Part shown: in pieces, positions 55,580-62,901 of the stretch | How the letters are laid out: every line of letters begins with the position of its first letter | How positions within the stretch are numbered: the first letter of the stretch is position 1 | From: an uncultured Methanosarcinales archaeon | GTDB taxonomy: Archaea; Nanobdellota; Nanobdellia; Woesearchaeales; DATDXC01 | DNA: 64,000 nucleotides | Direction of reading: 5' to 3' | NCBI GenBank assembly: GCA_964510025.1 | Contig: CAZDZV010000006.1 | Coordinates: forward strand, 11,143-75,142 | Translations under genes and position numbers: made by a program | Notes under the pieces: generated by a model | What the model saw: only the letters and a program-made list of their open reading frames with translations | What the model was told of the DNA's origin: nothing | The model's database searches: none

Positions 55580-56365
55580 TCAAATAAGCTTATTCTTTAT
55601 AGAGTTTATCCTTTTTATTGTGGTTTTTAAAAAATTCTCCTCTTTATCAATACCTATAAATTGTCGATTAAGCATACTTGATACAACCCCTGTAGTACCA
55701 GATCCATTAAATGGATCTAGTACAACGGCATTTTCTTTTGTTGAAGATGCGATAATTCTTCTCAATAATTCTATTGGCTTTTGAGTGGGATGCTTTCCAT
55801 GAGTCTTTTCGCTCATTGGAGTTAACGGAATATGCCAAATGCTCCTCATTTGTTTACCTTTTGGAGCAATATTATCATCCCATTCCCTCATTAAATCATA
55901 ATTAAAAACATGAGGAATCTTCCCATCTTTTCTTGCCCATAAAACAGTTTCATGTGCATGAGCAAAATACCTGCAGCTTAAATTTGGTGGTGCATTAGGT
56001 TTAAACCATGCAATTTCATTTAATAATTTGAAATTGAGCTTTTGTAACGCATATCCTACTTGGTATATATTATGCATTGTCCCAGAAATCCAAATAGTAC
56101 CATTATCTTTTAATACCTTACGACATGCATTTATCCATTCATAAGTGAATTTGAAATCTTTGTCTATTCCATTAGATTTATCCCAGTCTGCTTTATTAAC
56201 TGAGACCATTTTACCAGCCCTGCAAGAGATCCCTCCGTTAGATAGGAAATAAGGTGGATCTGCAAAAACCATATCAACAGATTTTTCAGGTAATGTGTTT
56301 AGAATACTAATACAATCATTATGGAAAAGTTGCACAGTTTCAGACTTGTAATAGGGTTTAATCAT
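55580..56365 (-). CDS. beta-class N6/N4 DNA methyltransferase, DpnA (M2.DpnII)-like
   Basis: 261 aa. VDMVFADPPYFLSNGG (motif IV first), PNLSCRYF, HPTQKP, LDPFNGSGTTGVV (motif I). Near-colinear with S. pneumoniae DpnA as I remember it. Confidence 0.85.
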   Translation of the reverse strand: MIKPYYKSETVQLFHNDCISILNTLPEKSVDMVFADPPYFLSNGGISCRAGKMVSVNKADWDKSNGIDKDFKFTYEWINACRKVLKDNGTIWISGTMHNIYQVGYALQKLNFKLLNEIAWFKPNAPPNLSCRYFAHAHETVLWARKDGKIPHVFNYDLMREWDDNIAPKGKQMRSIWHIPLTPMSEKTHGKHPTQKPIELLRRIIASSTKENAVVLDPFNGSGTTGVVSSMLNRQFIGIDKEENFLKTTIKRINSIKNKLI

Positions 56366-56558
56366 TTATAAATCTAATAAAGTCCTTTATTATAAACTTT
56401 GTTATTAAACTTTCGAAATATTACTATTTTCTTTGCAATGAGCCGTCTCATCGCCCCCTCTCTTCGCAGATCCTTCTATATACAATGCAAGCCTTATGTA
56501 TTACATACTCCGAACGTTGCTTATAAACGATGGGAGCCTTAAATTAGGTGGTGATAAA

Positions 56559-57113
56559 ATGACCTTGGAATATAAGCGTGAACCTCTAGAAGAGGATGAA
56601 GTGTTGGCTTTAAGGAGAGCATCTACTTTCTTTGAAGAAGAATTAGTTATAAACTGTCTGTTAGATACTGGCATGAGAGTATCAGAGCTTGCCAACCTAA
56701 GAGAAGAAAATATCTCCTGGCAAAGAAACTGTATCAGCTTGATAGGAAAAGGTAATAAGCGTAGGGTGATCCCAATGAGTAAAAGAGTAAGGCTACTCCT
56801 ATTAGACTGTTTTTCTCACAATAATACCAAATTTCCATTAGCCATGCGAACAATCCAAAAATATGTTAAAATCGTGGCAGACAAGGCAAGGATAAGAAAA
56901 ACTGTAAGCCCTCACGTGCTAAGACACACATTTGCAGTAACCTATCTTCACAGAGGAGGCAATTTAAGGGCATTACAGGCTATTCTAGGGCATAGTTCCA
57001 TAACAACTACTGATATTTACCTCAACTACTCAGGGAAGCGAGTTATTGATGATTTTCAAAGAATATGGAATGAGCCAGATACAAATAACAAGTTATTGAC
57101 GGGGTATTTTTAA
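56559..57113 (+). CDS. tyrosine recombinase, catalytic domain only
   Basis: ATG 56559 follows ggtggtga; the ORF track starts at 56496. TGMRVSEL (Arg), HVLRHTFA (H-x-x-R), LGHSS, TDIYLNY (Tyr). Confidence 0.75.
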   Translation: MTLEYKREPLEEDEVLALRRASTFFEEELVINCLLDTGMRVSELANLREENISWQRNCISLIGKGNKRRVIPMSKRVRLLLLDCFSHNNTKFPLAMRTIQKYVKIVADKARIRKTVSPHVLRHTFAVTYLHRGGNLRALQAILGHSSITTTDIYLNYSGKRVIDDFQRIWNEPDTNNKLLTGYF

Positions 57114-57115
57114 AA

Positions 57116-58162
57116 ATGGCAAAAAACATCTTCTTTTTTATTATTAAGCATGGAGCTTTGCTTGGCATAGCATTTCCATTTATATTATCCATAAAAATAA
57201 GCACATCTCCTTTTGGTTTGGTACATTTAGTGTTAACCCTAATTATTTTGGAATACTATGCTTATTCCATACACCAGTTTTTATTTGATTTTCAGGATAA
57301 AAGAAGAAAGTTAAGAATAAAAAAATTTGAAGAGTCTAAACTGATTGATAAATTCCTAAATGCTAAATTAGATTACTCTAAATCTTCAGAACTATTAGAG
57401 TTAATTTCTATTATAAAGAATACAGAATTCTTGCCAAAATTAAAAGAAATGTATAATCAGAAAATCGAAGAAAAAATGATTTATGCTGAAAGACTACTTG
57501 AGAAATTACAGCACCAAGAAGAAATACAAGAACTTGAGCTGAAGAAAAGTCAACTTAATAACAACATTCAATATCTAATAAAGCAAGAAAAGGAGATGAC
57601 TCAAACAGAAGAAGAAAGGAAGGAAGATCTAAAGGGGGAGATGAATCTTGAAGAAAATAAGGTGTTTGAAGAGTCAGATCTTACTGATGAAAAAGCAAAT
57701 TTTCTTCTGGAAGAAGGATACGAACAAACCAATCAATATTCAATTATGGAAGAAGGAAATATCTCGGTTTATATCAAACCCGTACTTAATCATTCAAAAT
57801 CACATATGTTTTTGGTTTACGAATTAAAGCAGATTTTGGAACATTGGTATGAAGCTGAAAACATAGAAGAGCATCTAACAAAGGATGCAGACCTTACTTT
57901 CAAGTATAACAAGAAAATCTACGCTCTGGAAGTTGAGACAGGAACATTGCTGAAAAAGAAAGACCAAGCTAGAGATAAAGTAGAATATCTAAATAGGAAA
58001 TATCAAAACAGATGGATGTTCATAGTAACAAATAGAAACCAAGTGGCTAAATACAAGAAATTAGGAATAGTCAGTGAGAGAAAGCAGGTGACAAAAAATC
58101 TTGATAAGATGCTAAAACTCCGCACCCCCCTAGATCGGGTGTCTGAGGAATTTCCCGACTAA
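57116..58162 (+). CDS. unknown: 2 TM helices + coiled coil + C-terminal PD-(D/E)xK-like domain
   Basis: 348 aa, starting 2 nt after the recombinase stop. TM helices GALLGIAFPFILSI and LVHLVLTLIILEYYAY. E/K-rich coiled coil. C-terminal HMFLVYELKQ...KDADLTFKYNKKIYALEVETG. Confidence 0.5.
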   Translation: MAKNIFFFIIKHGALLGIAFPFILSIKISTSPFGLVHLVLTLIILEYYAYSIHQFLFDFQDKRRKLRIKKFEESKLIDKFLNAKLDYSKSSELLELISIIKNTEFLPKLKEMYNQKIEEKMIYAERLLEKLQHQEEIQELELKKSQLNNNIQYLIKQEKEMTQTEEERKEDLKGEMNLEENKVFEESDLTDEKANFLLEEGYEQTNQYSIMEEGNISVYIKPVLNHSKSHMFLVYELKQILEHWYEAENIEEHLTKDADLTFKYNKKIYALEVETGTLLKKKDQARDKVEYLNRKYQNRWMFIVTNRNQVAKYKKLGIVSERKQVTKNLDKMLKLRTPLDRVSEEFPD

Positions 58163-58215
58163 AAAATCACTAAAATAGTCACTTATTCAATCTCCGTATA
58201 ATATCACTTCTTATA

Positions 58216-58977
58216 TTACATAAGGCTATTTTCCAGCTTCTCAATTTTTACAAGCATCTCGTACTTCTCTTTGAATTCTTCCATACTTAACTCTCCCTCC
58301 ACATACTTCATCTTGAGTGCTTCCAATGGTTCAATTGTAGATTCTTTTGTGGATTGCTTCGGCTCTCTCTTCGTACCAAAAGCCATGTTTATCTTGTTTT
58401 GTAAGTCTTTATTTGTAATGTAAGCATAGATTTGGGTAGTATGGATATCAACATGCCCAAGAGATCTCTGAACATAGTAGAGGTCGACTCCTTTTTCTAG
58501 TAGATAGGTTGCATAGGTATGTCTCAATGTATGAAAACTGTAAGCATACCTTTGCTGTCCAAGTTGTGTTTTGAAAGTCTCGATACTAAGCTTAGCTTTC
58601 AGAAGATATTTTCTAAAATGCTTGCTTAAAATGTTGTTAGCAAATGGTCTTCCAGAATAGTTTGAAATAAAATACTCTGATTCATCTGAAAGCCTGAACC
58701 ATTTCTCAATCAATGGTTTGACTTTTTCAGGTAGCATCACTACTCTGTCTTTGCTACCTTTTCCCTGTCTTACAATTACCCTTTCAGCTTCAAGATCAAC
58801 ATCTTGTTTTTTCAGATTGCAGACTTCACTTATACGCAGACCACAAAACAAGGCAATAATACAGCCCATAAATATATTTGCATCATCAATCTGCTCAAAA
58901 AGTGCCATTAATTGCTTTTTATTGAAAACATTAGGTAGTTTTCTTTTTGTATTTGGTCTCCCGAATCTCATCTTCAC
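58216..58977 (-). CDS. tyrosine recombinase/integrase (XerA-like catalytic domain + C-terminal extension)
   Basis: CGLRISEV (Arg), HTLRHTYATYLL, LGHVDIHTTQIYAY (Tyr). The start is GTG 58977 or ATG 58971. Confidence 0.8.
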   Translation of the reverse strand: MKMRFGRPNTKRKLPNVFNKKQLMALFEQIDDANIFMGCIIALFCGLRISEVCNLKKQDVDLEAERVIVRQGKGSKDRVVMLPEKVKPLIEKWFRLSDESEYFISNYSGRPFANNILSKHFRKYLLKAKLSIETFKTQLGQQRYAYSFHTLRHTYATYLLEKGVDLYYVQRSLGHVDIHTTQIYAYITNKDLQNKINMAFGTKREPKQSTKESTIEPLEALKMKYVEGELSMEEFKEKYEMLVKIEKLENSLM

Positions 58978-59381
58978 ATCCTCGCAATAAGGTTTAATCC
59001 ATGATCCCTGATCACTTGGGTTACATCTTCAAACCTTTCCTGTCTTCGCTTTAAAGCCTCAGAAACCGCTTTTTTCTGCGATATAGTCCTCTGCTTGATC
59101 TGGAACTTGATGTCAATCGGAATCTTTTCTAAAAGCAACCATCTGTAAACCGTAAAGGGGTTATAGCTACTTTTGATAAGAAAATCATACAACTCCTTCT
59201 CTAGCCCAAGAACTAGAAACTTCTTCCTATTATAATGAAAATGAGCTAATTTACCCATAATCTGCAAGAAATCACGACTCTCTAGCTGAGGAAGACGACT
59301 ATATACCAATTTCCTCAAGCATTCTAGCTTCTGGACAAAATTTTTCTGCATATCTGCTTGTTTCACGACCGACACCCCCAT
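58974..59381 (-). CDS. unknown 135-aa protein immediately upstream of the integrase (possible detached N-terminal domain or excisionase-like partner)
   Basis: The stop TGA (58974-58976) overlaps or abuts the integrase start. No motif recognised. Confidence 0.4.
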   Translation of the reverse strand: MGVSVVKQADMQKNFVQKLECLRKLVYSRLPQLESRDFLQIMGKLAHFHYNRKKFLVLGLEKELYDFLIKSSYNPFTVYRWLLLEKIPIDIKFQIKQRTISQKKAVSEALKRRQERFEDVTQVIRDHGLNLIARM

Positions 59382-59507
59382 GTCAGCTCAATAAGAAAGA
59401 AAAGACCGACGTGAACTCACAAGATGCAGAATCTATAAATCTTTCTATTATTTACTATTAATTAGTAATAACATATCCTTAAAAATATTGGATTATCTAT
59501 ACAATAT

Positions 59508-59738
59508 ATGGATATCGAAGGGCCTGTATTCAGGATTATCGTAAAGCCGAGCAGTCCAAATAATAAGGTGCTTGGCTATGATAAGGCTAAAAAAGCATAT
59601 AAGGTACAGATAAAAGCAAAACCAGAAAAAGATAAGGCTAACATTGAAACAGTAAAATTTTTGTCCAGATTGCTTAAGAGAAAGGTAAAGATAATAAAAG
59701 GCTTCAGGAGTAAGCAGAAGATACTATCTTTTGAATAA
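59508..59738 (+). CDS. DUF167 (YggU-like) protein
   Basis: 76 aa. FRIIVKPSSPNNKVLGYD...KVQIKAKPEKDKANIETVKFLSRLL...VKIIKGFRSKQKIL. Confidence 0.65.
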   Translation: MDIEGPVFRIIVKPSSPNNKVLGYDKAKKAYKVQIKAKPEKDKANIETVKFLSRLLKRKVKIIKGFRSKQKILSFE

Positions 59739-61688
59739 TTTTCGCCTAACCAGGACCACCAAGATAATAAGGATACCGAAGATAGTCAGGAGGCCGCCTA
59801 AAATGTCAGCAAAAGTCTTTCCATAATAAAGCCTGACATGCTCTGATTCTGGATATACAAGCATAAAGCTTGGGCTAACCAGGTATACCTTATCCGCTCC
59901 TTGCACCTTCCAGTTAGGGAAGTAGGAAACCTTGATTACATGCGGTTTGCCTGTGCAGTCTGTCCTGAATATGATTTCTTCGTCGCTAATTAGCTCTTCG
60001 TTTATTTCACATGCATTATCGATCTTTTTTATGGCCATATTTTCAGCTGAATTCTCAAAGACAACATAATAGCTCAGATTAGACTGCTCAAACCATATCA
60101 TGGAATTTTTTTTCCAGTTCCTCCTCGGATATGTCAGTGGACGATATTTTGGAACTTCGATATATCCTGTCTGGCTGATTTCATATATCTCAATATTTTC
60201 TATCTTCTCCAAAAGCCGGAAACCTGGATGATTCCTAGCCTTGAATTTTACAGAATCAGAGGTAGCTAAGAAATATCTTATGTTGAATAGTCCCATATGT
60301 TTCAGGCCCCTGTCAATATCGACATCAGGGCAGCTCAGGCCCATGATAGGGCAGGAAGCATTTTCAGATAGCTCTGCCTGCATTATGAAATGGAAAGGTG
60401 CTGTGATAGATGAGTCTACAAACAGCCCGGTGATTACTGGTTTATTCGCAAAAACAGGTATAGTCTCAAATGCTCTTGGACTCCCGAATCTGTCATGAGA
60501 GTCGCTGTATTCGTAGAAAATCCTTCCATCAGGCAGATTCTTGAGATAATGTGTTAGTTCAAAGAAAGAACCTTCTTTTTTTTCCAAACCTTCATAGTTC
60601 CATTTTATCCAGCTGGGGGTGTACGCTGTTGTCAGGTTGGCGTATACTAGGACAAGAAGGACAAATAATACGATAAAAATCTCAGTATATTTGGTCTTTT
60701 CTAGAAGATTCTTTATCGGTATAGCGGCCAGAAGCAGCATGAACAGGTAAACAAAAGGTAAAAATCTCACGTTCCATATATGGCCATCTGGCAGTGCAAA
60801 AAAGACAACAAGGGACACAAAGACTATATACATAAAGAAACGTATACGCTCATCCTTGAAGTATAGGATAGCCCCTAAGATTGCGACTGCATAGAAGACA
60901 ATAAGTGTGGGCGGAACTAGAAGCATGATGTTATGCAGCTGGTTCCAGTTGTAGGAGGTTGTATAGCCTATCTTAGCCATGAATGGAACTGACCAGAAAG
61001 CAGAAAGCGAAAAAGCCAGCAGTCCAATTTTCGTAAGATAGACAGAATTATGCTTCAACCTCCTTTGTAGTAAAAAAAAGACCGAGCCTAACGCCGCTAT
61101 CACTGCAACAAAAACATGCGTTAAGGCTATGGAAGCCAGCAACACCGAGTTCAAAATGATATGCTTCCTATGCTTAATGCCATAGTAGAGAAAACCGAAA
61201 TACACCAGCAGTAGTGAAATTGCAATGCTGTGACAAAACTCGCCTGCTAAAGTGCTGGCAATATTACCCCCATACATAGAATGGCTCTCTAAAAAAAGGA
61301 AAGGCAGCACCAGGACAGAGGCTATGACTGGCTTTCTTATGCCCATAAGCTTGAACATCAGATAGGCTGAAGCTGGTAAGGAAAATATTCCTATGACTGT
61401 AATGATCCTAAATGCCAGCTCCAGCGGGATTACATAGGACAAGCCGGCAATTAGTAGAAAAGGCAGCTGGAAATAAAACTGAAACATTGGCAGCCCTGCA
61501 AACCAGGACAAAGAAAAACCTGAAATCCTGCCTTTACCCAGGCTCTCCCTCATAAATCCTGCTGCATGATAATGTGATATAGTGTCTCCTCCAGCCACAG
61601 CCTCAGACTGAAAAACCAGCTGCGGGCTGAAGTAAGCAAATAAGAAAGAGTAGATTATAACCAAAATCAGCATATCTATGTATTTCAT
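59724..61688 (-). CDS. large polytopic membrane protein, GT-C-fold-like (COG5617-like), with extracytoplasmic C-terminal domain and terminal TM
   Basis: 654 aa with about 11-13 TM helices. GGDTISHYHAAG and WFAGLPMFQFYFQLPF lie in the first loops. About 270 aa of soluble domain follow the last N-terminal TM. Final TM LGGLLTIFGILIILVVLV. Confidence 0.45.
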   Translation of the reverse strand: MKYIDMLILVIIYSFLFAYFSPQLVFQSEAVAGGDTISHYHAAGFMRESLGKGRISGFSLSWFAGLPMFQFYFQLPFLLIAGLSYVIPLELAFRIITVIGIFSLPASAYLMFKLMGIRKPVIASVLVLPFLFLESHSMYGGNIASTLAGEFCHSIAISLLLVYFGFLYYGIKHRKHIILNSVLLASIALTHVFVAVIAALGSVFFLLQRRLKHNSVYLTKIGLLAFSLSAFWSVPFMAKIGYTTSYNWNQLHNIMLLVPPTLIVFYAVAILGAILYFKDERIRFFMYIVFVSLVVFFALPDGHIWNVRFLPFVYLFMLLLAAIPIKNLLEKTKYTEIFIVLFVLLVLVYANLTTAYTPSWIKWNYEGLEKKEGSFFELTHYLKNLPDGRIFYEYSDSHDRFGSPRAFETIPVFANKPVITGLFVDSSITAPFHFIMQAELSENASCPIMGLSCPDVDIDRGLKHMGLFNIRYFLATSDSVKFKARNHPGFRLLEKIENIEIYEISQTGYIEVPKYRPLTYPRRNWKKNSMIWFEQSNLSYYVVFENSAENMAIKKIDNACEINEELISDEEIIFRTDCTGKPHVIKVSYFPNWKVQGADKVYLVSPSFMLVYPESEHVRLYYGKTFADILGGLLTIFGILIILVVLVRRKLFKR

Positions 61689-61689
61689 C

Positions 61690-62868
61690 TCAGATATTCA
61701 AAATTCTTGAAACGTTCTCCTTGATTCTTTTTTCAAAATCTGAAACCTTCTCGCCCTCATTTCTTCCGGTAGAAAGCACCTTCATAAGTTCTTTTGTAAT
61801 CTCCAGATTGCCTGCATTTTCCCTGATAAGCTTATCCTCAATATCCTCGACACTGTCAGCATCTATCTTAATCTCATCAAACTCCTTGGTTGTTAAGGAT
61901 ACGGTATTTTTCATGACAAAATATGCTCCTTTATCATATATCATCTGGATGATGCTCTTAAAGTCGATATCAGAAGGTTTCCCTGTCTCCAGCACGCCGC
62001 CTAACCTTATGGTCACGATTGTATTGATAAACTCCTTATCCTTGATTTCGTCCTTAAGCATCGATTCCACCTGCTCCACGGTCCTGTGGTCGCATTCCAG
62101 CTTTATAGGATAGGTGTTGTAGATCTGCACAGGTTCCCAGCTAAGCTGGCCTTCTTCGTAAATATAGAAGCCGCCGTTTCCTAGTTTTTCCAGCTCCGAG
62201 AAGTTGTTTGGAAAAAGCGGCCCTGGATATGAGATCATACCATAGCCTTGCTCAGCCTTATTGTAGACAAAATGTGGATGTCCGCCAGCGTAGTAATTGA
62301 AATTCCTTGGAAGCAGGGAGATGGGTTGCGAATCTGCATTTTGCATCTCCTTTGGCTTTAGCTCTGTCAGCAATGAGTGGAACATGAAAATTTTGAAGCC
62401 ACCTTCCTTTTCCAGAGGATCCCGGTTAAGTTCTTCATAAAAACCCTTTTCAAGGCCCCCTCTTTTGCCCACCAGCCCTGTAATCTTTGCTCCTGTAATC
62501 TCATCTATGGTGAACTGCAGGTCCAGCTTCCCGTCCTTTACCTTGCCTCTAGCTACGTTTATGCATAAACCAGCATTTTCGAGCACATCCAGCATAGTCT
62601 TTCCAGAAGGTGAAAAATCGTGGCTGCCTGCAATTATATAGAAAGGGATTCCTTTGTCCTTGATCTCCTTGAGCTTTTTTGTGACCGCTTTAAGCTTGTC
62701 GATGGCTGGCAAAGAAGTATTGAAAAGGTCACCTGAAACTATGATAAAGTCGACTTTTTTGCTTGCTGCAAGGTCAATTGCCTTTTGGAATGCCTGCAGG
62801 CTTATGTTGTTTAGCTTAGGGTCTCTCCAGCTGCCAATATGGCAGTCTGCCAGATGAGCGAATTTCAT
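61690..62868 (-). CDS. mre11: Mre11/SbcD-type metallophosphoesterase nuclease
   Basis: 392 aa. Motifs HLADCH, VSGDLFN, AGSHD, MFHS and GGHPH. Directly downstream of herA. Confidence 0.7.
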   Translation of the reverse strand: MKFAHLADCHIGSWRDPKLNNISLQAFQKAIDLAASKKVDFIIVSGDLFNTSLPAIDKLKAVTKKLKEIKDKGIPFYIIAGSHDFSPSGKTMLDVLENAGLCINVARGKVKDGKLDLQFTIDEITGAKITGLVGKRGGLEKGFYEELNRDPLEKEGGFKIFMFHSLLTELKPKEMQNADSQPISLLPRNFNYYAGGHPHFVYNKAEQGYGMISYPGPLFPNNFSELEKLGNGGFYIYEEGQLSWEPVQIYNTYPIKLECDHRTVEQVESMLKDEIKDKEFINTIVTIRLGGVLETGKPSDIDFKSIIQMIYDKGAYFVMKNTVSLTTKEFDEIKIDADSVEDIEDKLIRENAGNLEITKELMKVLSTGRNEGEKVSDFEKRIKENVSRILNI

Positions 62869-62901
62869 ATTAGCAGGTAATCGACAAATATATATAAAGA
62901 T

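Larger units (their letters stand above)
51814..59507. mobile_element. AT-rich genomic island: R-M/OLD operon, two tyrosine recombinases, two unknown ORFs
   Basis: Sampled 60-nt lines inside run 22-28 % GC (52501, 54001, 57301), against 55 % just left of it (51301). It carries integrase genes and defence genes. Exact ends and att repeats were not identified. Confidence 0.5.
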
